Shown: one piece after another, positions 11,164 through 23,537 of the stretch | Position numbering within the stretch: position 1 is the first letter of the stretch | How the letters are laid out: each line of letters opens with the position of its first letter | Source: Macrostomum hystrix | Lineage: Eukaryota; Animalia; Platyhelminthes | Length of the DNA: 64,000 nucleotides | Direction: 5' to 3' | Assembly: GCA_950097015.1 (NCBI GenBank) | Contig: CATNEN010000037.1 | Coordinates: 1,426,001-1,490,000, forward strand | Made by a program: the position numbers and the translations under genes | The notes under the pieces: model-generated | What the model saw: only the letters and a program-made list of their open reading frames with translations | Told to the model about the DNA's origin: nothing | The model's database searches: none

Positions 11164-13714
11164 TGGGAGGCTGGCCTGGTCGGCTGCTGCTTTCAGTTCG
11201 TCGATTTCTTTTGTAGTATGCTGCAATGGTGCGACTAGTGTACATTAGAAAAATGCTAAAGCAGTCTATTTATTGGTTGTGTTTTTTCTAATATTGTTGC
11301 TATAGTATAAAGTGCAAGGCTAAAGTCTGGTATCACATATATGGAATGAAGACATTTTTTATATCTGAATAGTTTTTATTGCAGATATTATTAAATAAAA
11401 AATGATAAAAACAAATAACTCATACCATGTATTACATTCCTTTGCATTCAAGAAAAAACTTTACATTTAGTACCCATAGATTTTGTCTTTGGCCCCAATT
11501 AATGGTGAAAATGCAACAGAAATGGGAATATGTGCAAGTTTTGCCTGACATAATATTTGGTCTCCAATTTAACTTTGACTCCAGTTGTAACTTTATACTT
11601 TTACTTCAACTACAGATTAGGCCTATAGACTTTTCCTACATTGCTTCTACATTTGTCCATGTATTTTAATATAAAACTAAAAAATTTTTTGGCCTAGTTG
11701 CTTAAAATTAAATTAAGTTGCTTAAAACTATTTTTTCTGTTCATAGACATTGTCAGTGTCCTTCAGGGGAAGTCTAAACGTAATAGTAAATACACAGGTA
11801 AATTAGTTTGCTGCTTCTGTAATTAAAAAAAATACTGTCAATTTTTTTGTTCGCCTAATTTGAACAAAAGTTTGATTTAAATTGACTGAAATATGAGCCA
11901 TTATTATCTGCTCTTAATACTAGCTGTTTGAGAAACTATCTATACAATAATAAATTAATAAAATGATATGACTAATAATAATTGTTAGGCTATCTTGGCA
12001 TCTGCAGAAAGCTTAGTGACAATAAACCTATAGCCAGCAATAGGGTCATTTAATACCCCATTATTATCTATAAATAACTACATATATGGTCATTTAATTA
12101 GAAAGCAACCATATAAAATCTTAGTCTAAAGTACATTCTGAAAAAAATGTTAAAAAGTATGCTTTTGCGATAAAAATTTCTACTGAAATGTCCATATCTT
12201 TCTTTCCTCTTAATGCTTTATTGCATGCCATGCCTCAGCTTGTAGATAATTTCTTCAACTTTCAAATTAGTTGTTCTGTGAAGCACAATAGCTTGTTTCT
12301 GTCTTGCATGAGACCAAGGAAGGAGTCAAAATTCTTGTTTGGTTTTGAAGATACACTGTTTGGTTGATGATACATTACCCTACTATCCACTGTAACTGCC
12401 TGATTCTGAGGCTCAGACTCACATATTATTCCCACATTAAAGTACCAACTCTATGCAATGGAAATACACATGCAAATAATAAAACAACTGAAACTGGTGG
12501 ACAAAAATCCAAGCTTAATATAACAACCAAAAGAGGAAGAATGCCGACTTTTTTACTTCCTTTCATTGGCCCCCTAAATCAAAACTACACAATCCAAGTG
12601 GTACCCTAAAGATTTCAAGGATCCCTTTAGTCCCCGAAACCAAAAGATCGTCCTAGCATTAAGCATGTATGTATTAAATGCTCTTTAACTCATAAACTAT
12701 AAAAATGGCTTAGGCCCTATTAAGTTGTGGGGTAATAATTTTGTCTTAACTTTGCTCTATGTATTTTAGGCTAAAGACAAGTGATAAATAAATCCTTTCT
12801 GTAATTTTTGAGGTAGCTATAAGCTATATACCTATATAGGCCTACTCGTATGTTATAGGCCAAAGCGTTGCTAAAAATATAATCATTGCATTCCTTTTTA
12901 ATCACAGCTTCTAGTCTTTGTACCTACTATTTAAAAATTTGCTTTGCACTTGTAGAGGAACATTATTGAAAAGTATTGTTTTGTTACCGATTCGAAAATA
13001 ATACAAAGCCTAAGTGCCTGTCTAGACCCTGAATTCTCGAACTTTACTCTACATCAATAACTTCGTTCCATAGTGCAGAAGGACGGGTCTTCGTTAAATG
13101 AGCGAAGGAGCTCATTCAACTTACTGTTTAATTGCTTTACTTACTGCAACTAAATTATACTAAACAGGCCTAGCTTACATTATATAATTAGCTGACGACA
13201 AAGCAACTTTCCTTCACAGCTCAATAATTACAATACACACTTTACACATAGACCACTTAACTTGTAACAGGACAAGGCAACTCGACTCATTCATGCCGAT
13301 TCATGCTGATCCCGATTTCGTAGAAAAGTTATTAAAGTTTTTAGGAAAAGGGCAGTATAACATTAAAGCTTATTAAAAGTGAGATAAATTCGCTTACTGT
13401 AGTAGCTAAAGTTCCATATTTCTTTTTTAATAGTTGAGAAAAGATCTATAAAAAAAAAGTTACAATAATCTACTGAAGCTGTTCGACGCGTGATCTCCTA
13501 GTACCAAAGAGACCACTTCTAGTCTTCTAGTGGTCCTTGGTAATATCATATGTGCTTAGCCGACGAGATTTTTCTTCTCCAAGAAAGAAGAGCTGCTAAA
13601 AATTCCGCTTTCCTCTTCCGCTGCTTTTTCAGCTTTATCAGCTTTTTGAAGCAATCTTAAATATTTTATATTTTTCTTTTTTTACTCTATTTTATATTTT
13701 TTATATATTAGACT

Positions 13715-14340
13715 GCCCTGCACGCAATTGGGAAATATACTGCGGGACCTGGACACGGCAGGAGGCCAATTGACCCTCCCGGACGGAATTCTGTCGACGC
13801 TCAGCCCACAATGCTAGGGTTAAAAAAATCCACGGAGCAGATACCATCCTCTCAGACAGCAAACTCATGAAACTCCTCATGAATCAGACATGACAGGGAT
13901 TGCTTTTGGGCCCCTGCCTGCAGTCTCCACCCCCATCGCCGTCGTCACCTTTCGAGTTAACCAGTGGGTGTCCTCAAAGCACAAGGACAAGTGGATCAAC
14001 ACCGGCAGTTTTTGCGCTGCTCTTCCTTCGCTGCTCTCCGCCTGCCCTGCTTGGACCGTAGGTATATCACGTCAGTCACCATATGGCCCTCTCTGGCCAT
14101 GATTGTTTCGCTGGGCATTTAATCTGCGACTGCCCCGCCTTTAATCAGGACAGGCTCACCTACCTCGGCCCAAACCCTGACCTCTCCGATGTTTTCTCAG
14201 GCTTGAGAATATCTGCCTGCTCGTTCGATACCAGCGACTCTCTCCACCTCCTGGATTCTCCGGAGGACCAGCAATGTTGACGCCAGCATACAGGACTCCC
14301 TACGCGACACCATGCACAGCTTTGTCGCGTGGCCGAATGG
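13715..14340 (+). mobile_element. Degenerate 3' fragment of a non-LTR retrotransposon (LOA/I/R1-like ORF2 C-terminus)
   Basis: GC-rich island in AT-rich DNA. Fragments read GIAFGPLP...VNQWVSSKHKDKW and HLICDCPAFNQDRLTYLG (terminal Cys/His motif of LINE ORF2). Frameshifts are present. Confidence 0.6.
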
Positions 14341-14905
14341 GGCTAGCGGAATGGACTTACCGATGCTGTCGCACGATGCCCCGTGCAGCTAAGTCTATTA
14401 AGTCGAAATGACCAGGCCAGAAAAAACAATGGCAACGCCATATCTAAGCCATAGAAGTACTTTCAAATGCAACAGTCAAGACCGCTACCCAACCGAGAGA
14501 GACGACTTCTCTCTCACTTTACCGCAAGTGTGCGGCAGTTGAATGTTCTGACTGTTGCTGAGTGTATGTCAGATTCTGTGTTACCTCTGCCATTGCACTA
14601 AAGCGAGAGAAAAGGGTACCTGCAGGCTGCTCCACAATACCAAACAGTGAATCGCAGCCAGTGCAGTGATTCAGCATGCTGCTTGCATAGTAAAAAATTC
14701 AGCGCGCCATTAACAAATAAGTAGTAAATTTGAAAGCGAGAGAGGGAGAGAGTGTATAAATCGCTATTGTGAATGATTCGCGAATAAAATGGGTCGCACG
14801 ATGCTATATAATTTGTTAGAGCAGCTTTGCTGCAACTTGTCGCATCAGGAAGGTAAGAGACAGCACAGCCTCAGCACGAAACCGAAGTTAAACAAGATCG
14901 AAGCC

Positions 14906-15277
14906 ATGACGGTTACACTTTTGCGGCTAGCAATAAATCTTCTCGGCCTGCAGCTGATTCTACTGCCGCAACGCGCTGATGCGGTTACAGACCCATGCCC
15001 AATCGGCTGCATCGCTGCCATATTCTTTGGTGTCATTGTGTTCATTGGCACAGTCATTGGGGTCACTACGGCTGTGTGCTGCTACTTCATCGAGGCCGAA
15101 AAACGCAAAATAGCGCCAGCAAGCAGCGCCGCGTCAAGTCGAGAAGCTCACACTGCAAGCAGTGATGGCGAGTCACCGCCGCAGCCGCTAGCCTACGACC
15201 AGAACCAGATGTACCCGCCGACGTCCAAGGTGACCGAGCCCGCACCGCCAGCCGCCGATCCGATGAATCAGGCATAA
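14906..15277 (+). CDS. Single-pass membrane protein, CYYR1/Shisa-like paralog A (123 aa; ectodomain nearly absent, PPxY motifs degenerate)
   Basis: Signal peptide ending RADA|V, CxxxC, hydrophobic TM, juxtamembrane CCY, Pro-rich tail. Clearly paralogous to 18058 and 19437, including the sequence around the ATG and the terminal QA*. Confidence 0.75.
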   Translation: MTVTLLRLAINLLGLQLILLPQRADAVTDPCPIGCIAAIFFGVIVFIGTVIGVTTAVCCYFIEAEKRKIAPASSAASSREAHTASSDGESPPQPLAYDQNQMYPPTSKVTEPAPPAADPMNQA

Positions 15278-18057
15278 AACTATGCGCTGCATCTTTTCCA
15301 GGTAGAACTGCCCTTTTTTTTGAACAGGCATCTTTTCCAGACTGCAGACTAGAACAATATGTTTGTACGATCATTTGAACTTTGTCATCTCCTTATTAAA
15401 GCAGATCTCTTGAAGTTGACCTACATCGCGGTGCCAAATAGTCCTATCATAGAAATTTGCTGGTTCGTCAAAAATGTTTATTTCCTTAAATAATTACGTC
15501 AAGCCAGAAAAGCAGAAATATAAATTAAGCTCGCCCGTCTTGACACCGATTATCGAGTTTCACGAACACTGCTGCGGCCCGTTTTAAACCTAAACGAATG
15601 GAAAATGGCGATTAATTGCCTTTAAAAAACACACACAAAGAATTTCACAAACTGATTTGATATCTTGACTGCAAATAATTGCCTGACTTTCATACCGTTT
15701 CGTCCTTTTTCTCGATAAATGTGTGAGTCAAATGCATTGAATACTACTTGTAATATTAAGATTTGCAGGAGGGCTGCGGTCACTGGCAAATCATTCGGTG
15801 ACAGTAAGGACAAGGAAATTCTAGCCATTCCACTGACTTTTGAGCGCACACGCACACTGATGCAGTACTTTAGCAGCATGTAACGTCGATTATTTTCTCG
15901 GTAAATAATCCATCCCATTTTAATTGTAACCATGAAAAATAGTGGAGGTCGTAGCCTAGAGCGTCGAACTCACGGCTTGAAGGTCAGGGGTTCGATTCCT
16001 GACTCCATCGGAAAAATTTGTGTCCTTTCGCAAGACACTTAACTCTGCATTGATAAAGTTCACCCAGTTGTTAAATGGGCACCAGCATTAGCTGGGTTAA
16101 TTGAGGGTGGGTGTGGCGTCCCCAGTCCATGGTCTGAACAGCTGTACGCAGCCTTCAGATGCGCCGCGCAATAGCTGCGGCTGTGCTGTTCGCTGCACAT
16201 CTGGCCCGATTGGGGCAGGTGTAATCAATTTTTATTATCATTGCAACCTAGCCAAACAAGACTTGGTAAAAATCGGGCGTTGTTACTGTAAGTACTATGA
16301 GTTATTTTCGAAAACATAAAAAGGTCATTGCATAGCGTAGCAGGAAAAATTCACCTCATTTATGCTTTAAGCAAAGCATTAAGCGGAGCCCCTGTCCATT
16401 TTTTGTCCGTTTCGCATACTCTTTGGTACATGCACACACCGCGAGAAGCAAATTAGCGTTTCCAACGGCTGGAACTTAGTTCTATGAAACTCTTGTTTTC
16501 AGCTTAGCGCAATAAGCCACTGCTGCTGCTGCTAGCGACGATGTCCAGGTCCTCAACTAGCTTAACGCATCCGATACCGCTGAACACCTGAGCATGATCC
16601 TGGAGGATTTTGTCAAGCTACAGATGGTCCAGCATTGTGCTGTGGGTAAGGCGGCCTTCGTTACAGAGTAGATTTTAAAGGGCCATTTGCACGACCCAGA
16701 GTGAACACCCGAGCAGCATTTATCCTTCCCAGGACAGTTGCTCCTTCGCCATTGAAGAAGAAGAAGGATGCGTTGCAGGTGACTCAAAACACCTTGACCG
16801 GCAAGATGATGAATTTATGATGAATTGAACCCAGGGCTCGGCGAGTTTCTCCATGAGTGCATACTGTTGTGTGGGATTCTAGTAATTAAAAAACATTTAA
16901 CCAATCGGGTAGATTTCGCCAAGTCTGTGCGTTCTCATTGGCTGATTGCGATGACGCAATTATCGATCGATGAGTTTTTTGCTTACGCATTGGCAATTAG
17001 CATTAAACTGCAATCTCGGAAAGTGTAAGTGTTTACACTTACTCGTAAGTGTTTCTTTAATTCTCTATTGCTTTGCACCATTCAGTACATTGCTTGAGTT
17101 TTCTATCGTCTGATCGGCCATTATAATTGTCTGTGCTCTGACTTGTAGCATTGCTTTGCAGTTCCTAAAGTATATCCTCCCAAAAACTATAAATATGAGA
17201 ACATCATATAATCCTTAGACGAAATGATGAACAACGGTCATATCTTAGCCCTTTCTCCTTTCTGCTTCTACGATGTCTGCTCTAGTTTGTGTATTGCATA
17301 AATTACTGTATGGCAAAAAGAATAATATTTAATTCTCTTGTCCCTGAGAACTTGCTTTAAATTTGTATTCAGCACTTTTTCGTTTTGTTTGGAGTCGGTG
17401 CAAAAATAGCTCTGACGCTTGACTAGGCGTACTCTAGAGCATGCTCATAGCTCATGGCGCTCAATTCGTGCAATGAGCATGATAAATATCCACAATGCTA
17501 ACTGGATTCAAGCCGCAGTGGGAGTCCACACTGCCTGATGATATGAAAGCCAGGGCCAGATATGCAACTCTGCGCGTGCGTGAGTGCTCAGGAGTCTGTG
17601 TAATGGGCAGAGCTGCCTATTGCTGGCTGCGGGTCTACTGTCACCAAATGATGTGCCACTGCCCAGCACTAGTTGCTTCAGCGCGACGGTGCAAACGCGC
17701 ATGCTTTAAATAGCGCTTATACAATAAATTGCTCAAGTGCGGTAAATTAAGCCCATGTTTTAGCTAACAGAAGAGTTTAGCTTAAAGCGCTTGATGTACA
17801 AAGAGTGTTAGCAAACCGACAGATAGGGAGGGACAAGAAGTTGAATGTGCACAGATCCAATGGCGACGAAAAAGACGCAAAATATTTATGATTGGACCGT
17901 CAAAGCCTAATAAAAACAAAGCATGGCAAAAACTTTGTTGAAACTTTCTTTGTTCTACTACTCTCGCATCGAGAAATAGAAAGACAGAAAGAAAGGACTA
18001 TCTAGTCTGAAACTGCGACTAAAGCGAATCAGGACGGCGTGAAGCCAGATCAAAACC

Positions 18058-18549
18058 ATGACGGTGAAATTTTTGCGGCTATCAATGAGGCTGCTCAGTA
18101 TACTGTTGATTCTGCTGCTTCATCGAGCCGATGCGGTCACTTATTACAGCACATATCGCTCCTACTCTTTCTACTCATACTCGTACACCTCCTTGTGCTC
18201 AGTCTCCTGCATCGCTGGCGCAGCGGTTGGCGGTCTCATTTTCATCGGCATAGTGGTCACGGTCATCGTGGTGCTCTGCTGCTACTGCGCGCAAGCGTCC
18301 AAGCGAACTATTGCGCCATCCAGCTTTGTGCTGTCGAGTCAAGGAGCTCACGCGGCTGGCAGTGGCGGCGCGTCGTATCCGACTCAGCCGCATGTGCAGC
18401 CACCGCAGCCGCCAGCCTACGATCAAAACCTGATGTACCCGCCCTATCCGCCAGCGGATGCCATGTACCCGCCGGCTCCCAATACGAAGCAGCCCGACAC
18501 CGCGTATCCGCCAGCCCCGCCGCCGGCCTACCCGGCAGAACAGGCGTAA
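18058..18549 (+). CDS. Single-pass membrane protein, CYYR1/Shisa-like paralog B (163 aa; Tyr/Ser-rich ectodomain, two PPxY motifs)
   Basis: Intronless ORF: signal peptide, YYSTYRSYSFYSYSY, CSVSC, TM, LCCYC, QPPAY and PPPAY. Confidence 0.85.
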   Translation: MTVKFLRLSMRLLSILLILLLHRADAVTYYSTYRSYSFYSYSYTSLCSVSCIAGAAVGGLIFIGIVVTVIVVLCCYCAQASKRTIAPSSFVLSSQGAHAAGSGGASYPTQPHVQPPQPPAYDQNLMYPPYPPADAMYPPAPNTKQPDTAYPPAPPPAYPAEQA

Positions 18550-19436
18550 ATATGCGGCGTCGACTGGGGGATGTCGACTGAGTCTCCTTGTGCGAACTGA
18601 TCTCTCAAAATTCTCATGCACTGCTTTGTTTTTGCTGTTGATAATGCGAAGATAAAAAAAACCTGCGAATAGTTGCCATGTTAAGTATGTGACTGCAAGA
18701 AGTGCAGAGAGTAAGATACTCGATTTGAAAATATATTTATCGTGTCCTAAATACGTAAAAACAATTATTGAGTATTATTTGCGGCTTTTAAAGTTGTATA
18801 AATTACTAAATATAATCGGCGTTCTGCGACTGAAATTTCTTAAATTTCAGCAAAATTTCAACAAGCAGCCTTATAAAATAAATGAACAGGTTAAGAAAAA
18901 CATAATAATTACTTTACTTGACCATGTAGCTTTAACTTAGAACGACGGAGTAGTTCGCACTGGCGCTGACGTCAGTTCACTGTGTACTAAAATTTGTGCG
19001 CATGTTTTATTTTTAGAAGATGGCATCCATAAACACAAGTCCTTTGCTAGAAACTGCAAGAAAAGCTCCGAATTTTTTTCCTTTCGTCTTTGATATAGTC
19101 AACACCATGAAGAGTGAAGAGTGAGGGATAGTGGGTCGCCTGCCTGACTGCCTGACTGTGTCTGGCAGGACAGTACTCATGGCTTGAGCAATAGACCAGT
19201 TGAGAGACAAGAGAAGGCAGTCGAGATGTAAGACTGAAGAAATGGAAAGAGAGGCCGGGAGAGGCGGAGGGGCGCTGCCGAATCTCAAAACGCACCATAT
19301 CAATGCTATAGTTCGGACGAAGGGCGTTGCAGTATAAGTGGGTCAAGATGGCTTAAAAAATATATATATGAGCCAAAAAATAGAGTTTAGCATTTCCTGA
19401 CCTGATTATTCTAAAGCCAAACTTTCAAAAGCCAGC

Positions 19437-20015
19437 ATGACGATTCAGTTGCTGGCATCATTAGTTTTTCTGTGTCTGCTGACACTGATATTACCCAGTG
19501 ACGCCGCCCACTACTCAAATCGCTTCTCTTACTCATACTATTCCTATTATAGATATTATAGTCACAACTACTACGGATACGTCTATTCGTATTCGCTGAC
19601 CTGCTCAATTAGCTGCATCGCTGGCGCAGTAGTCGGAGGCCTCATTCTTCTTGGCCTGCTGATTGGTTTGGTCGTGTTTCTCTGCTTTTACTGCAAAGCG
19701 GCTAACAAGCGCAGCGTTCGACCGGCAGCCGCTAGCTTCGTAATGACCAATCAGCGCCGTCCAATCAGCACCGTCAACGAGGCCGGCGGCGACGGTCTGC
19801 CGTCATATCCGACCCCGCCGCAGACGCATCAGCAGTCAGGCGAGCCGCAGCCGCCAGCCTACGACCAGAGCCAGGTGTATCCGCCCAATCTGCCAGCGCC
19901 TTTCATGTACCCGCCGGCGCCCGTGATGACGGTACCGGACACCGTCTATCCGCCCGGACCACCGCCGGCTTATTCGGCTAGTGCCGAGAGCAGCTCGCAT
20001 GACCAGCAGACCTGA
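19437..20015 (+). CDS. Single-pass membrane protein, CYYR1/Shisa-like paralog C (192 aa; longer Tyr-rich ectodomain, two PPxY motifs)
   Basis: Intronless ORF: signal peptide, 13 Tyr in 32 ectodomain residues, CSISC, TM, LCFYC, QPPAY and GPPPAY. Confidence 0.85.
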   Translation: MTIQLLASLVFLCLLTLILPSDAAHYSNRFSYSYYSYYRYYSHNYYGYVYSYSLTCSISCIAGAVVGGLILLGLLIGLVVFLCFYCKAANKRSVRPAAASFVMTNQRRPISTVNEAGGDGLPSYPTPPQTHQQSGEPQPPAYDQSQVYPPNLPAPFMYPPAPVMTVPDTVYPPGPPPAYSASAESSSHDQQT

Positions 20016-21154
20016 TTTGATCAGCTCGCTGCTTCGACACTTTTTTCCTGAGTCAATTGCCCACTATGCTTAGAAAACAATGTACCATATGCCTAACCAT
20101 TCAAGCCGGATGTACAGCCAATGGGCCAGCCGCAGCTATGGCATCCTATGGCAGCTATGTGGAGCTCAGTTGTTCAACCCATGGACTGGGGTATACATAT
20201 TAGACCTGTGGAAAACTGAACTAACGAGGAATTAACAGTAGGACTACCAAGCCATTTTGCCGCCCGTTTTTATACCAGGGGCTATTTCCCCCTGAATTTT
20301 TTTGGCAGCGCCTGAATGCTAACAGCGTTTGGTGGTGACTGGTTGGTTGACAGACTAGGTAGTGGTGTACTATGGTATAGCTGCGCCTAATATTTAGGCT
20401 TTATCAGTGAAGTTGGAGAAATTCGCGTCAGGGTGTCCATAGTTCTTAAGATTTCGGGCCAAAGACGCTGATACGACTATAAGATAATATTATAAGATAA
20501 GATTAGCTGATAAGATAAGATTTTAAGTATGAATCTCTAGGTTTGGCTGCAACATCCCCTAGCTTTTCATACATAGCCAGGATAATTTTAAAATACCATC
20601 TAAGCCAAAAGCAAAATGTTGTAAAAATGTAGCTGTAGGGACGGGGTTTAGATGTAACCAAGTTGAACTTTAACCGATCTTTGTGAAAACTGCATTCCAC
20701 GGCCCCCACCCAACACTTTCTTCTTATCGCGTAAATATTCAAGGCAATAATTAATCTGGCCATAATTTTATCTTATTCTATAAATTAATTCTCTGCGAAT
20801 ACTATCTAATTCAGCTGCGAATGTATACCCATCAAATGATGTACCCATACATCATATATGCATTTTTCTGCCTACTATGCACAGGAATTTGGATTACTAC
20901 GAGATTATTACTCGTAATTATGCGACTTTGCTTCAAATGTGCATACTATCAAATCAACAAACGGTGCTAATCTGTTTTAGAAATATATTGTCTAACAAAT
21001 AATTCTAATCGATGGTGAAATTCGAATTTTAAAGGATTGAAAACCGCGTTAATAAGAATGCAATTTAGTGAAACGTTTTTGGTTACGAAGGGTGACTAAC
21101 AGAGTTGTTAACGCGTTTACTCATAGCACCAAGGTCTAGGTGAGCTCAATTCCG

Positions 21155-21392
21155 AGGAGAAACCTCATTAATTTGGGATGTGCCTATTTGAGGGCCAACC
21201 CCCCAAAGCACAGTGAGAGCGCACACTGCCTAACGACGAGAAAGCCAGTACAGATGTACACCCATGTGTGTGTGTGCGCCTGTGTATTGTATCTGTGTGC
21301 GTGTGTGCTCTGGATTCAGCGGAATGGGCAGAATTGCCTTCTCGCTGGCTGCGGGCTTATTGTCACCAAATGCTGTGCCAGTGCCCAGACCT
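21155..21392 (+). mobile_element. tRNA-derived SINE family B; other copies at ~17575-17690(+), 31240-31500(-), 32400-32560(+), 36605-36745(-), 40100-40410(+), 43045-43200(+), 45950-46020(-), 46770-46990(-), 58810-59165(-, full length), 59810-59980(-), 61575-61605(-)
   Basis: Shared body CAGCCGCGGAGAGAAGGCTTGGGG...GAGGGCCAACCTCCAAGGCAC...GTGTGCTCAGGA.TCAGCG.AATGGGCAGAATTGC. tRNA-like head with A/B boxes at 59165-59095(-) and 32400-32480(+), and an (ATT)n tail. Confidence 0.85.
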
Positions 21393-21899
21393 GAGACCAT
21401 AGTCCTTGCCTATAGTTGCCGTCTGCAGGCTGTTGCGTACCGTTGGAATATCAGCGTCTCTACCAAGAACTTTTAATGTTATCAACTGCTTTTCCAAAGC
21501 TCTGCTGATAGTCGAGATGCCGACAACCAACTAGAACTGTTCGTTCAACTTCTGCTGCAGTTGCTGCAACGTCAACAGAGGGTTTCTCTTGATTTTATTG
21601 AGGAGCAGTTGGACCTGAGGCTCAAGCAACTTGCTCTGGTGATTACCACCCCTTCGCAGACGATTTCTTCTGCCCGTGGTTTCAAGGCGCAGAGGGATGC
21701 TGTAAACCGTATTTTCTTTAACATTCAGCAACCTTGCGATGTCCTTTGGGTGTTCACCCCTGTCGAGCGCTTCGATCACTAGCCCATGGCGTTCGTTCGA
21801 GAGTCTAACATATGGTCCACGATTCTGTTGCTGTTCTGGCTGTTCCGCAGCAGCTGCAAATGAGGAGTTGCTTCCATCCTCACTACACGTGTCAGTCAT
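21393..21899 (-). pseudogene. Tc1/mariner (IS630-like) transposase remnant, N-terminal HTH region
   Basis: EHPKDIARLLNVKENTVYSI...RGG...NPLLTLQQLQQKL, then an in-frame stop (21533-21531), then homology continues as VGISTISRAL...ITLK...RNS until the SINE at ~21392. No DDE domain is visible. Confidence 0.75.
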
Positions 21900-22223
21900 A
21901 TTTAAGTTTAAATATAAGAGGAAAAATATAAAATGGTATGGATCAAATTGATGCTTGTTGTCGGATTCATCTGGCAATCCTCCACGTTAATTCAAGCTTG
22001 CCCTACTGCGCTAAATTTAGCTCCTTGTTACACCTTGTTTACCCATAGACACCCCCAGCCTCAACTGTACTCTTAAATTAAATACAAAGTCGCCCAGCCG
22101 TTCCCCAAAAGAAACTACACACACGCATGTTCGTTCTAGCAACTTAAGCTTAACATAAAGCCTTTGTCTCAGTCAGTTGACGACAAATTGGTAGCAGAGC
22201 GTGGTTTGTTTGGCACCAAGGCA

Positions 22224-23537
22224 ATGGTCAACACTCGCGCGACCTCAGCCGAGACTGGGGATACAACCGACCCGATTTCTGGGGATCATGCAGGACAGGA
22301 GCAAGCAACGGGAGGGGCGACCGCTGGACCATCGGCACCACTGCTTCAGCCGACAGTTGCCGGCCAGCCGCCAGCCAACCAGGACATGCTTCAGCACCTA
22401 CTCGGCGTCATGGTCACCATGATGCAGCAAAACCAGCAACTACTTACTCAGCTTCAAAGCCAGACAGCGGCAGCCCCACCGGCGCCAGCGGCGGTGCCAG
22501 ATGCGAACCCACTGCCCACGGCCCGCCGCCCGGCTTCCTTCGTCGGCGACAGCGTCCTGCGCAACGCACGACTACCGACATTCGATGGTGAGGACCCCGC
22601 CGCATTCCCAGCGTTCTGGGGCGCGTTCGATCATCGAATTCATGCCCTAGAAATGTCTCCCGTCGACAAGTTTGAGGTCCTTCGAGGTCTCCTCACGGGG
22701 GCCGCGTTGCGGAAGCTCGGAGGTCTGGACGCTTGCCAGCCCGGCGCGTACGAGGAGGCGCGGCGGATTCTGGAATATAACTACGGCGATTTGCAAGAGC
22801 AGAAGAGCGCATGCTACAAACGCCTCCTGGACATGCCACGTCTCAACGACGTCGACTTCCGAACGCTGGAACCCTTCGCGGACGCACTTCGTCTCACTGT
22901 GGGTCAGCTTGCCCGGCTGCAGGAGCCGGAAGCGGCGATGGACGCATACATCCACGCCTTGTGGCCGAAGTTACCTATCGCGCTCCGGACAGACATTCAG
23001 GACGCCCGCATTAAAGCCACTCAGTCGCCCATGCCCACTATGACCGACTTGCAAGGACACTTGGACGCGAAGCTACGCGTTCTCCGTGCCGCCAGGACTG
23101 TGACAAACGAAGCTCCAGCCGAAGCACCCTACTCCGGTGCCAGTCTCCTCGGCGCGGCATCAAACTCTTGCCCACCGGCCGCGCAGAACTCAGGACGCAG
23201 CTACGCCGCCGGCAGACATCAGCATGGCCCTAGTCGCAAAAACACCATCCGCTGTCAGGATATCGCCGGATGCGTCTACTGCGACCAGAGCGGTCACAAT
23301 GCGTCTCGCTGTGACCGTGTCACCCAGCCCGAGGACCGATTCAGTGCTGTCCGACGGAAGAAACTGTGTTTCAATTGCCTTGGGGATCACGAGGCACGGC
23401 ATTGCCCCTCTTCCAGCCGGTGCCGCAAGTGCGGCTCCAAGCACCATACCTCTCTTCATGGCGCTTACCCGAGGGAACCCGCCATCCAAACTGGAGCAGG
23501 CCCCTCGGCGCACTCGCAAGGCCGCATCAGCCGATAG
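22224..23537 (+). CDS. Bel/Pao Gag (DUF1759-like region plus three zinc knuckles)
   Basis: LPTFDGEDPAAFPAFWGAF; CVYCDQSGHNASRC, CFNCLGDHEARHC, CRKCGSKHHTSLH. First ATG after the PBS is at 22224. Confidence 0.92.
   Translation: MVNTRATSAETGDTTDPISGDHAGQEQATGGATAGPSAPLLQPTVAGQPPANQDMLQHLLGVMVTMMQQNQQLLTQLQSQTAAAPPAPAAVPDANPLPTARRPASFVGDSVLRNARLPTFDGEDPAAFPAFWGAFDHRIHALEMSPVDKFEVLRGLLTGAALRKLGGLDACQPGAYEEARRILEYNYGDLQEQKSACYKRLLDMPRLNDVDFRTLEPFADALRLTVGQLARLQEPEAAMDAYIHALWPKLPIALRTDIQDARIKATQSPMPTMTDLQGHLDAKLRVLRAARTVTNEAPAEAPYSGASLLGAASNSCPPAAQNSGRSYAAGRHQHGPSRKNTIRCQDIAGCVYCDQSGHNASRCDRVTQPEDRFSAVRRKKLCFNCLGDHEARHCPSSSRCRKCGSKHHTSLHGAYPREPAIQTGAGPSAHSQGRISR

Noticed and set aside
16510-16830. 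GC-richer island that looks like decayed coding sequence
   Set aside because: Multiple stops and a frameshift, and I cannot recognise a family; needs tBLASTx.
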